The translations under genes and the position numbers were made by a program. A stretch of DNA of 64,000 nucleotides from an uncultured Bacilli bacterium. GTDB lineage: Bacteria; Bacillota_I; Bacilli_A; RFN20; CAG-826. The notes beneath the pieces were generated by a model. It made no database searches, had not been told where the DNA came from, and worked only from the letters and a program-made list of their open reading frames with translations. Every line of letters starts with the position of its first letter. Position 1 is the stretch's first letter. Of the stretch, positions 18,822 to 28,147 are shown in pieces. The stretch is taken from contig CALVHN010000004.1 of NCBI GenBank assembly GCA_944327845.1, forward strand, positions 22,836-86,835. Direction: 5' to 3'.

Positions 18822-21437
18822 ATGGAAGAGTATACTTATCCAAAAGAAGTCGTTACTGAAATTGATGCTTTAGTCGATAAAGCAACAGTTTGCTTAAATG
18901 AATTTAGAAATTTAAATCAAGAACAAGTTGATTATATTGTTGCTAAAGTTTCTTGTGCTGTCTTAGATCATCACGAATATCTTGCACGTTTAGCACTTGA
19001 AGAAACAAAAAGAGGTGTTTTTGAAGATAAATGTACTAAAAACCTTTTTGCTTGTGAATATGTCGTTAACAATATGAGACATTTAAAAACTTGTGGAATT
19101 ATTTCTGAAGATCCTGTTACTGGAATTACAGAAGTTGCAGATCCTTTAGGAGTAATTGCTGGTGTTACTCCTGTTACTAATCCAACAAGTACAGTTATTT
19201 TTAAATGTTTAATTTGTTTAAAAACAAGAAATCCAATTATTTTTGGTTTTCATCCAAATGCTCAAAAATGCTGTGTTGAAACTGCAAAAATTATTGAAGA
19301 AGCTGCTGTTAAAGCTGGTGCACCTAAAAATTGTGTTCAATATATTTCAAATCCATCCCTTGATGCAACTAAGTATTTAATGCATCATCCAGGAGTTGCT
19401 TCAATTTTAGCTACTGGTGGTAATTCAATGGTAAGAGAAGCATATAGTTGTGGAAAACCTGCGCTTGGAGTTGGTGCTGGAAATGTTCCTGCATATGTTG
19501 AAAAAACATGTAATGTTGCTCAAGCAGCAAATGATATTTTAATGTCAAAAGCATTTGATAATGGTATGGTTTGTGCTTCTGAGCAAGTTGCAATCGTTGA
19601 TAAAGAAGTATATGACGAATTCTTAAAAGATTTAGAAAAATATGGTGCATATATTTGTAATGATGAAGAAAAGAAACTTCTTGAAAAATATATGTTTAGA
19701 CCTACAAAAGATGGAAAATCCACTGCTTTATTCTCAGGTCTTGTTGGTCATCCAGCATATGAAATTGCACATGAAGCAGGATTTGAAGTTCCTGAAAAAA
19801 CCCCTATTTTAGTCGCTAAAATTTCAAAAATTGGAATGGAAGAACCTTTATCAAGAGAAAAACTTTCACCAGTACTAGGTATTTTAAAAGTTAAATCTAA
19901 TGAAGAAGGTTTAAATGCTGCTGAACAAATGGTTGAGCTTGGTGGATTAGGACATTCTGCTTGTATTCATTCAACAAATGAAGAATTAGTTAAACAATTT
20001 GGTGAAAAATTAAAAGCTTGCAGAATCATTTGGAATTCTCCTACATCTTTCGGTGGAATCGGTAATATTTATAATTCCTTTATACCATCTATGACTTTAG
20101 GTTGTGGTTCATATGGTCATAACTCAGTTAGTGGAAACGTTGGTGCTATTAACTTAATTAATATTAAGAAGATTGGAAAAAGGAGAAATAATATGCAATG
20201 GTTTAAACTTCCAAGCAAGATTTACTTTGAAAGAAATTCAATTCAATATTTAATTGATTGTAAAAATGTAGAAAAAGTATTTATTGTTACTGATAAATCT
20301 ATGGTTCAACTTGGATTTATGAATAAGATTGTCGATCAATTAAAATTAAGAAGAAACGAAGTTAGTATCCAATTATTTACTGATGTTGAACCAGATCCAG
20401 ATATTAAGACAGTTAGAGCTGGTGCTAAATTAATGGATTCATTTAAACCTGATACAATCATCGCTTTAGGTGGTGGTTCGGTTATGGATGCTGCAAAAGG
20501 TATGTGGTTATTCTATGAAAATCCTGAAGTTAATTTTGATGATTTAAAACAAAAATTCATGGATATTAGAAAAAGAGCATTCAGATTCCCTCAATTAGGT
20601 AGAAAAACAAAATTAATTTGTATTCCTACAACTAGTGGAACAGGTAGTGAAGTTACTCCATTTGCTGTCATTTCTGATCATGAAAATCAAAAGAAATATC
20701 CTTTAACTGATTATTCTTTAACTCCAACAATTGCTATTGTTGATCCAGAATTTACTACAAACTTACCTCCTCAAGTTACTGCAGATACTGGAATGGATGT
20801 TTTATGTCACGCAGTTGAAGCTTATGTTTCAATGTTAGCAAGCGACTTTACAGATGGTTTAGCAAAACAAGCAATTGAACTTGTTTTTGGATATTTAGAA
20901 AGAGCTGTAAAAGATGGAAAACATGATTTAGAAGCTAGAGAAAAGATTCATAATGCAGCTACAATTGCTGGTATGGCTTTTGCTAATGCTTTCTTAGGTA
21001 TGTGTCACTCTATGGCTCATAAAGTTGGTGGTTTCTTTGCACTTCCTCATGGAAGAATTATTGGAATCTTATTACCTTATGTTATTAGATATAACGGACA
21101 AATTCCTCAAAAATTAGGAACATGGCCAAAATATAAAGTTTATGATGCAGATAAACGTTATGCTAAACTTGCTCATCTTTTAGGTTTAAAAGCTAAAAAT
21201 GATGCAGAAGGAGTTGAAGCATTTGCTAATGCTGTCTATGATTTAAGTATGAGAATCGGTGAAAAACCATCATTCAAAGATTGGGGAATCGATGAAAAAG
21301 AATTTATGGATCATGTTGAAGAAATTGCATATCTTGCTTATGAAGATCAATGTACTCCAGCAAATCCAAGAATTCCTCTTGTTCAAGATATGATTCAAAT
21401 CTTAAAAGACGCATATTACGGAAATTTTAAAAAATAA
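18822..21437 (+). CDS. adhE: bifunctional acetaldehyde-CoA/alcohol dehydrogenase
   Basis: ALDH part: GVFEDK, TPVTNPTST, GMVCASEQ, LGCGSYG. Linker RRNNMQWF. Fe-ADH part: GGGS, HAVE, HSMAH, PHG. Confidence 0.98.
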   Translation: MEEYTYPKEVVTEIDALVDKATVCLNEFRNLNQEQVDYIVAKVSCAVLDHHEYLARLALEETKRGVFEDKCTKNLFACEYVVNNMRHLKTCGIISEDPVTGITEVADPLGVIAGVTPVTNPTSTVIFKCLICLKTRNPIIFGFHPNAQKCCVETAKIIEEAAVKAGAPKNCVQYISNPSLDATKYLMHHPGVASILATGGNSMVREAYSCGKPALGVGAGNVPAYVEKTCNVAQAANDILMSKAFDNGMVCASEQVAIVDKEVYDEFLKDLEKYGAYICNDEEKKLLEKYMFRPTKDGKSTALFSGLVGHPAYEIAHEAGFEVPEKTPILVAKISKIGMEEPLSREKLSPVLGILKVKSNEEGLNAAEQMVELGGLGHSACIHSTNEELVKQFGEKLKACRIIWNSPTSFGGIGNIYNSFIPSMTLGCGSYGHNSVSGNVGAINLINIKKIGKRRNNMQWFKLPSKIYFERNSIQYLIDCKNVEKVFIVTDKSMVQLGFMNKIVDQLKLRRNEVSIQLFTDVEPDPDIKTVRAGAKLMDSFKPDTIIALGGGSVMDAAKGMWLFYENPEVNFDDLKQKFMDIRKRAFRFPQLGRKTKLICIPTTSGTGSEVTPFAVISDHENQKKYPLTDYSLTPTIAIVDPEFTTNLPPQVTADTGMDVLCHAVEAYVSMLASDFTDGLAKQAIELVFGYLERAVKDGKHDLEAREKIHNAATIAGMAFANAFLGMCHSMAHKVGGFFALPHGRIIGILLPYVIRYNGQIPQKLGTWPKYKVYDADKRYAKLAHLLGLKAKNDAEGVEAFANAVYDLSMRIGEKPSFKDWGIDEKEFMDHVEEIAYLAYEDQCTPANPRIPLVQDMIQILKDAYYGNFKK

Positions 21438-21468
21438 TAACTCTCATAAATAAATCCCATAAATCTTC

Positions 21469-21510
21469 AAGAAAACTCTAAAGTGATTTACACTTTAGAG
21501 TTTTCTTTTT
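21469..21510 (+). terminator. intrinsic terminator after adhE
   Basis: Perfect 17-bp stem AAGAAAACTCTAAAGTG/CACTTTAGAGTTTTCTT, 5-nt loop, T tail. Confidence 0.9.
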
Positions 21511-21666
21511 AATAAAATCATTGCAAAACCTCAATATTTTTTAAAATAATTTTAAAATTTATCTATTAATCATGTTTATTTTTTCTTAAAAATTTATTAG
21601 AATTATTAAAAAAATTATTTAAGTGAAGTAATTTTAATTATAATTAATCAATCGGAGATAATTTAT

Positions 21667-23502
21667 ATGGCACTTAATGGAATGGAGTACGATCCTTATG
21701 ATTTATATTATAAGGGTGGATTAAAAAATCAATTTAGAGAAAATACAACTAATTTTTATGAAAAATTAGCTAAAGAAGCTAACATTGATAAAGAAAGAAA
21801 TAAGGAAATAGTTAATCAAGTAAATAAATTACAAAAGAAAATAGATGATGTTAGTGGAAAATTAGGTATTTTTAAGTTTTTAAAAGTTTTATTAATTATT
21901 CTTATTATTGGAAGTGCAGTTTCAATAATTATTGGAATATTTGCTTTTTATAATGAGGCTAAAAATTCCTTATTAGTAGGTGGATTATGTTTAGGAATAG
22001 GAATTGCAGTTTTAATTATCTCACTTTTACTTTTATTCTTAGTTGTAAATAAAAAATGTAAAAATTTAAATAATTCTCTTCAAAAATTAGAAGATAAAAA
22101 AAATAGTGCAATAAATGAAGGTAGAATGCAATTATTACCTCTTTTAGGGCGTTTTTCTTTTAAAGATTTTATTAATTTAGTTAACGGAATGAATATCAAT
22201 ATTAAATTAGATGATAAAGTTGATCAAAAGAAACTTTTACTTTTATCAAACTTATTTCATTATAATTCAAATTTAAATATTGATGAATGTGTCTTTGACT
22301 GTATATCAGGAAATATTGATGATAATCCATTTTTAAGAGTTCAATTATTTAATCGTAATATCATTAATAAAACTTATACCGGAACTAGAGTTATAACTTG
22401 GACTGAAACTTATCGAGATGGTCAAGGTAACTTACAAGTAAGAACGGAAAGTGATACACTCGTTGCTCATTACACTGCTCCAGCCGCAGTATTTTATAAA
22501 AACTCTTTTGTAATTTATGGAAATGAAGCTGCTCCTAATTTATCTTTTTTAAGAACTCCATCTGGATTAGAGTTAATTCATGATAAAAAAGATGTTGAAA
22601 AAATAATAAATAAAAATTATAAAAAATTAAAGAGTTTAAGTGAAAAAACCTCGCTAAAAGGCAATAAAATTACTCTTTTAGCTAATGAAGATTTTGAAGG
22701 ATTATTTAACTGCAACGATAGAGACAATGAAGTAGAATATCGTTTACTTTTCACTCCTCTTGCTCAACAAAATTTACTTGAAGTAATAACTTCAGCTACT
22801 CCATATGGAGATGATTTTTCATTTAAAAAGATGAAAAAATTAAACATTGTTAGTGCAAAACATTCTCAACATTTAATTAATTTTGATTATCAATCTGAAT
22901 TATTCTTCTTTGAATATGATTATGAAAGATTGACTACAAATTATATTAATAAAATGTGTGAAGCTTTTGAAAGCTTATATTTTGATTTAATTCCTTTACT
23001 TTGTATTCCTTTATATCAAATGAGTGAACCTGAAGTTTATGATCCAATTCAAAATTCAAGAAACGTTTCAGATTATGAAGCTGAAAGCTTAGTTAATCAC
23101 TCTTCACCTGAATTATTTAGAAATCCTAATGCTAATACTGAACAAATTTTGAAGGTTAAATATCTTGATTCTATCGATGGGAGCGATATTTTTAGCGTTA
23201 ATTCCCAATCTTATAATAAGGTGAGAAGAGTTGAACAAATTCCTTGTTTATGTAGAAATGGACAAACTTATTTAGTTCCTGTTGTTTGGTATGAATTCAT
23301 CCCATTTAATAGAGATACTAAAATCGCTATTCGTAACATAAATGATAATAATCTCGCTTCAAATAATAATCAAAACAATAATCAAAATATTTATCGCTAT
23401 AAAAACTTTGCAGCATATTATTTAAATCAAAATAATTTAAATGAAGAAGAAAATAAATTATTTAAAGAAACAAGCGATAAATCATATACTTTTTATAAAT
23501 AA
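21667..23502 (+). CDS. MAG1210-like membrane protein (LemA-associated)
   Basis: Two N-terminal TMs flanked by coiled coils; GNEAAPNLSF.R, EVEYRLLFTPLAQQN, GDDFSF.K and VPV.WYEF; adjacent to lemA as in Mollicutes. Confidence 0.7.
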   Translation: MALNGMEYDPYDLYYKGGLKNQFRENTTNFYEKLAKEANIDKERNKEIVNQVNKLQKKIDDVSGKLGIFKFLKVLLIILIIGSAVSIIIGIFAFYNEAKNSLLVGGLCLGIGIAVLIISLLLLFLVVNKKCKNLNNSLQKLEDKKNSAINEGRMQLLPLLGRFSFKDFINLVNGMNINIKLDDKVDQKKLLLLSNLFHYNSNLNIDECVFDCISGNIDDNPFLRVQLFNRNIINKTYTGTRVITWTETYRDGQGNLQVRTESDTLVAHYTAPAAVFYKNSFVIYGNEAAPNLSFLRTPSGLELIHDKKDVEKIINKNYKKLKSLSEKTSLKGNKITLLANEDFEGLFNCNDRDNEVEYRLLFTPLAQQNLLEVITSATPYGDDFSFKKMKKLNIVSAKHSQHLINFDYQSELFFFEYDYERLTTNYINKMCEAFESLYFDLIPLLCIPLYQMSEPEVYDPIQNSRNVSDYEAESLVNHSSPELFRNPNANTEQILKVKYLDSIDGSDIFSVNSQSYNKVRRVEQIPCLCRNGQTYLVPVVWYEFIPFNRDTKIAIRNINDNNLASNNNQNNNQNIYRYKNFAAYYLNQNNLNEEENKLFKETSDKSYTFYK

Positions 23503-23592
23503 TAAGATTTTAAAGTTTATTATTTACATTAATTTTAATTTAATAAATGTAGAGATATAGTATAATAAAGTATCGATTAGGAGGATATCTAT

Positions 23593-24258
23593 ATGGCTAA
23601 TCAATTAGATGAAATGACTGGACCTATTAACGAACAAGGAAAAGATGTTAATGTTATTCAAAAGCAAATTCCTGTTAAAGTTGGAGTAGGTTCAACAATT
23701 TTTGAAGTAATTCTTTGGGTTTTAGGAATTATTCCTGGTGTTATTTTCTTATTTATGAAAATTAAAGCTGGAACTTATTTAAGAAGCTTAGAACAAAAAA
23801 TTCAACATGATGCTTCTCAAATTGATAATTATCTTGAACAAAGAGTTATGATTTTACAAAACGCAGCTAAATTATTGGATAAAGCTATTGATTTAGATAA
23901 AGATGTAATGAAAAGCGTTGCAATGTATCGTGGTGGTGGAAATCATACCGATGTTGAAAGAAATAATGCAAGCCAATCATTAGATCGTTTATTTAGAGAT
24001 GTAAATGTTGCTTTTGAACAATATCCAAATCTTCAAGCACATAATGAAATTGAAGATTGCTTAAAACAAAATAGTTATCTTCAAAAAGAAATTACTGCTG
24101 CTAGAGAGCTTTATAACGATACTGTTTTTGAATGGAATAGTGCTATTCAACAATGGCCAACAAAAATGATTGTTGCTGCTAAAAATGGTTATACTACAAG
24201 AATTCCATTTACAACTTCTCAAGAAATTAAAGAAAAGGCTCGTGACGTTTTCTTTTAA
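23593..24258 (+). CDS. lemA: LemA family protein
   Basis: N-terminal TM; IDNYLEQR, FEQYPNLQA, ITAARELYNDTV..WN..IQQWP. Confidence 0.9.
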   Translation: MANQLDEMTGPINEQGKDVNVIQKQIPVKVGVGSTIFEVILWVLGIIPGVIFLFMKIKAGTYLRSLEQKIQHDASQIDNYLEQRVMILQNAAKLLDKAIDLDKDVMKSVAMYRGGGNHTDVERNNASQSLDRLFRDVNVAFEQYPNLQAHNEIEDCLKQNSYLQKEITAARELYNDTVFEWNSAIQQWPTKMIVAAKNGYTTRIPFTTSQEIKEKARDVFF

Positions 24259-24282
24259 ATCTTAAATAATTAAAAATCTTTA

Positions 24283-24310
24283 AAAAAAGGCTACTTAAAT
24301 AGCCTTTTTT
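24283..24310 (+). terminator. intrinsic terminator after lemA
   Basis: AAAAAAGGCTA-loop-TAGCCTTTTTT. Confidence 0.8.
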
Positions 24311-24353
24311 ATTCGTTTTTATGATAAGATAAATACACTTAAAAGGATTAATT

Positions 24354-25685
24354 ATGGAAATTAAAATTTATAACTCACTAACAAATAAATTAGAAGTATT
24401 TAAACCAATTAAAGAAAAAGAGGTTTCAATGTATGTATGCGGACCAACAGTTTATAATGATCCACATATTGGAAATATGCGACCAGCAGTAGTTTTTGAT
24501 ACTTTTGTTCGCTTTTTAACTTATTTAGGATATAAGGTTAAATATGTTAGTAATTTTACTGATGTTGACGATAAAATTATTAATAAAGCTCTTGAATTAA
24601 ATAAAACTGAAAAAGAACTTACTGATTATTATATTGATGAATATAAAAAAGTTTTAAATAGTTTAAATATCTTACCTCAATATAAAAATCCTCGAGTAAC
24701 AGAATATATGGATGAAATTATTAATTATATTGATAATTTAGTTAAAACTGGACATGCATATGTTGTTGATGGAGAGGTATTTTTTGATGTAAATTCTGTG
24801 CAAAACTACGGTATTTTATCAAATTTAAAGAAAGATGAACTTATTAGTGGAGCAAGAGTTGAACAAAATACTAAAAAGAAAAATCCTCTTGATTTCTTAT
24901 TATGGAAAAAAACTGATAAGGGAATTAAATGGCACACTAAATGGTGCGATGGAAGACCTGGATGGCATACTGAATGTTGTGTAATGATCGATTCAATTTT
25001 TAATGGAATTATTGATATTCATGGGGGAGGAATCGATTTAAAATTTCCTCATCACGAAAATGAAATTGCTCAAAGCTATGCAACTCATCAAAATTATTTA
25101 GCAAATTATTGGATGCATAATGCGATGATGAATATTAATGGTGATAAGATGTCTAAATCATTAGGCAATGTCATCTTAGCAAAAGACGCTATTAAAGAAT
25201 ATGGTGGAGATATTATTCGTTTATTTTTAATTAATGCTCCATATCGTAGTGTAATTAATTTAAATGATGAAACTATTAAAGATAATGCTTCAATTATTAA
25301 TAAAATTTCATCAGTTTATAAACAACTTAATTTGAAATTAGGCATGGAAAATATTAACTTAAATGAAAAAAGTGCTGATTTAGCAGAGTTTTTATCATGT
25401 TTAGCTGATGATTTAAATGTCCCAAATGCTATTACTTATTTATTAAATATTATTAAAAAAGCTAATCAAGATTTACGTAATAAATCTATAGATCTAGCTA
25501 TTTTAAAAGAAGAATTCTTAAAAATTAATGATATCTGTTATATCCTTGGTTTAAGTTTTAAAGTTAAAGAATATACTCAAGAAGAAAAAATATTATATAA
25601 TAAGTACATAGAAGCAAAGAATAATAAAGATTTTAATTTATCTGATACTTTAAGAACAAAATTAATTGAATTAAATATCCTTTAA
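24354..25685 (+). CDS. cysS: cysteine--tRNA ligase
   Basis: CGPTVY..PHIGN, GRPGWHTEC, HGGGIDL.FPHHENE and KMSKS. Confidence 0.98.
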   Translation: MEIKIYNSLTNKLEVFKPIKEKEVSMYVCGPTVYNDPHIGNMRPAVVFDTFVRFLTYLGYKVKYVSNFTDVDDKIINKALELNKTEKELTDYYIDEYKKVLNSLNILPQYKNPRVTEYMDEIINYIDNLVKTGHAYVVDGEVFFDVNSVQNYGILSNLKKDELISGARVEQNTKKKNPLDFLLWKKTDKGIKWHTKWCDGRPGWHTECCVMIDSIFNGIIDIHGGGIDLKFPHHENEIAQSYATHQNYLANYWMHNAMMNINGDKMSKSLGNVILAKDAIKEYGGDIIRLFLINAPYRSVINLNDETIKDNASIINKISSVYKQLNLKLGMENINLNEKSADLAEFLSCLADDLNVPNAITYLLNIIKKANQDLRNKSIDLAILKEEFLKINDICYILGLSFKVKEYTQEEKILYNKYIEAKNNKDFNLSDTLRTKLIELNIL

Positions 25686-25711
25686 TCTTTTTATTCTTTT
25701 AAGAGGTATAT

Positions 25712-26479
25712 ATGGCTAATTTTATTTCTACATTAACAGATGTTGCAAATATCCAATCCGCTGATGGGATTATTGTTCAATGGTTTAATTCCGGATTTAA
25801 TGGATCTATTCCTGAATGGGTTGGAAACTTAATTTTAATTTTATTATCATTATTTGCTGCGACATTATGTGGTGGATTAATTGGTTATCAAAGAGAAATT
25901 AATGGCCATTCTGCAGGGTTTAGAACTCATATTCTTATTTCTTTAGGTAGCGCATTAATTATGATTTTATCAGTTTATGGAATAAGCAATGAGATTACTC
26001 GAGATCCAATGAGACTTGCTGCAGCTGGAGTTACTGGAGCTGGATTTTTAGGAGCAGGAACGATTATTCAAAATGGATTTAATGTTAAAGGTTTGACAAC
26101 CGCTGCTTCAATTTGGGTGACTGTTGCAATAGGAATGTGCACTGGATGTGGATATTTTGTAATTGGAATATTAGGAACATTAATTACTTTACTTTGCTTA
26201 GGAATGTTTAGAAGAATTGAAATGAGAGCTTCAAGGAGAAATTCAAATGTTTTATTAATTGCTGATTCGAATTTACCTTTGCTCTCAATGATTTTAGATT
26301 TAGCTGAAAAACATGACGTAGCAATTAAAGATATTTCTTCTTCACTTGTTAAATATGGCGATAATCAATATTTAAGAGTTGTTTTTAAATTAACGACTCA
26401 AAATACTAAAGCAATTCAAGCTTTTCTAGATGAGTTAAAACAAATTACTTCACCTGTTGAATTAAAGGTTTTGAATTAA
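25712..26479 (+). CDS. MgtC/SapB family membrane protein with C-terminal ACT-like domain
   Basis: IG.QRE, AGFRTH.L, DPMRLAA...GAGFLGAG and GLTTAASIW. Confidence 0.9.
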   Translation: MANFISTLTDVANIQSADGIIVQWFNSGFNGSIPEWVGNLILILLSLFAATLCGGLIGYQREINGHSAGFRTHILISLGSALIMILSVYGISNEITRDPMRLAAAGVTGAGFLGAGTIIQNGFNVKGLTTAASIWVTVAIGMCTGCGYFVIGILGTLITLLCLGMFRRIEMRASRRNSNVLLIADSNLPLLSMILDLAEKHDVAIKDISSSLVKYGDNQYLRVVFKLTTQNTKAIQAFLDELKQITSPVELKVLN

Positions 26480-26568
26480 TTTTTATAAATAATTTATTAT
26501 TTATAAATATTAGTAAAAGAGATTAAATTTAGAAAATATATAAATAGAGAAAAAAGAGGTTATTTGGG

Positions 26569-27279
26569 ATGAGTATAATTTATGGCAATAACACTGTTAA
26601 GAATGCTTTAATTAACAATCGAGTTATTAAACTTTATAAGCTTGAAACTTTTAATAATAAAGAAGTTTTAGAACTTGCTAAAAAGTTTTCCGTAAAAGTT
26701 GTTACGATTACAAAACAAGAGATTGATTCTTTTTGTAAAAACAAGAATCATCAAGGCATTATTGCTGAAGTTAAACCATATCAAACATATCAATTTGAAC
26801 CAATATTAGCTAAGTTAAAAAATAAAAGTAATTCATTATTAGTTATTCTTGATGAATTAAACGATCCACATAATTTAGGAGCTATTTTAAGAAGTAGTGA
26901 TGTATTTGGTGTCGATGGAATTATCTATAAAAAAAATGGTCAAGTAGGTTTAAATGATACAGTAAGTAAAGTATCAACTGGAGCTATTGACTATGTTCCA
27001 TGTATCGAAGTTACGAATCTTTCAATGACTATCGAAAAATTAAAGAAAGAAGGTTTTTGGGTTATCGGATTAGCTGGTGAAGCTAAAAGTGATCTAAAAA
27101 GCATTCCAAAGGATGTTAAGCTTGCAGTTGTTATCGGAAGTGAGGGCAAGGGGATCTCTCAACTTGTTAGAAAACATTGCGATTTATTAGTTAAAATACC
27201 GATGTTAGGTCATGTTAGTTGTTTAAATGCTTCCGTTGCTGCAGGAATAGTTTTGTATCATATTAGAAATAATATGTAA
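26569..27279 (+). CDS. rlmB: 23S rRNA (Gm2251) 2'-O-methyltransferase
   Basis: HQGI, DPHNLGAILRS, GSEGKG and IPM.G.VSCLNASVA (SPOUT motifs); cysS-rlmB synteny. Confidence 0.93.
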   Translation: MSIIYGNNTVKNALINNRVIKLYKLETFNNKEVLELAKKFSVKVVTITKQEIDSFCKNKNHQGIIAEVKPYQTYQFEPILAKLKNKSNSLLVILDELNDPHNLGAILRSSDVFGVDGIIYKKNGQVGLNDTVSKVSTGAIDYVPCIEVTNLSMTIEKLKKEGFWVIGLAGEAKSDLKSIPKDVKLAVVIGSEGKGISQLVRKHCDLLVKIPMLGHVSCLNASVAAGIVLYHIRNNM

Positions 27280-27283
27280 ATAA

Positions 27284-27946
27284 ATGGATAATTTAATTTT
27301 TAATGATGAAGTTGCTTTTTCATTATATTTAAAAGCTAAAGATGGAAATAAACAAAAACAAACTGAGCTGTTAAAATTGCTAATAATAGAGACGAAAACT
27401 ATTAGATATCAATATTTAAATCGAGCTAAGAAAGTAGGTCTTTCACTAGAGGATTTAGAGGATGATGTTGTTCATGCATTATATATTCTCTTTGCAAAAA
27501 AACTTGATGTGATCAAAGAAAATACCTTTCTTAGCTTTTTTAAATATATTTATTTAAGAACGATTCAACAAAATATTCGTAACAAATTTAGAAAACGAGA
27601 AATAAGTTTAACTGATTATTTGTCGATTAAAGATGATCCATTTTTTCAAACTGATCGATTAATAATTTTTGCTGATAGTGAAGAAAAAGAACAAACTCAC
27701 TTTATAGAAAATGAAATGACTCATAAATTTATTTATGAAAATGCTTGTGATTTATCAAGAGATGAACAAGATGTAATGATTTTATTTATTAATGGATATA
27801 ATTTATTTGAACAAGCAAAAAGATTAAAAATACCAAACTCAACAATTTATAATCGCTTTAATTCTGGACTTAAAAAGATAAGAAACTACATTATTAAAAA
27901 TAAAATATTTGAACTAGATTGTATTGGCAATATTGTTCATCAATAA
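27284..27946 (+). CDS. SigH/ComX-like alternative sigma-70 factor
   Basis: Region 2 (GLSLEDLEDD, FLSFFKYIY.R) and region 4 HTH (GYNLFEQAKRL...TIYNR..SGLKKIR); sits at the sigH position after rlmB. Confidence 0.7.
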   Translation: MDNLIFNDEVAFSLYLKAKDGNKQKQTELLKLLIIETKTIRYQYLNRAKKVGLSLEDLEDDVVHALYILFAKKLDVIKENTFLSFFKYIYLRTIQQNIRNKFRKREISLTDYLSIKDDPFFQTDRLIIFADSEEKEQTHFIENEMTHKFIYENACDLSRDEQDVMILFINGYNLFEQAKRLKIPNSTIYNRFNSGLKKIRNYIIKNKIFELDCIGNIVHQ

Positions 27947-28037
27947 GCTCTATTTTGAGATAGAATTTATAATATAAATATTATAAATACTTTAAATTTA
28001 TATTGATTTATAACATCAATTCTATAAAATATAACGC

Positions 28038-28113
28038 ATGGGGAGTAGCGAAGCACATATTTCGTCAACACGGATTTATCCCGGATATGTGCAATATAGA
28101 TTAGCCAGACCAT
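28038..28113 (+). ncRNA. yybP-ykoY (Mn2+-sensing) riboswitch
   Basis: P1 ATGG/CCAT, GGGAGTAGC, P3 GCACATAT/ATATGTGC enclosing TCGTCAACA...CCGG, and 3' AGC.AGACC. Lies upstream of a P-type ATPase; candidate promoter TTGATT-N16-TAAAAT at 28003-28030. Confidence 0.88.
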
Positions 28114-28147
28114 TAATTTTCTATAATGTTAAAAGGAGGAAAAGCTA

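Noticed and set aside
24259-24353. T-box riboswitch before cysS
   Set aside because: The gap is under 100 nt, holds the lemA terminator and a promoter-like element, and has no GGTGG-ACC T-box sequence.
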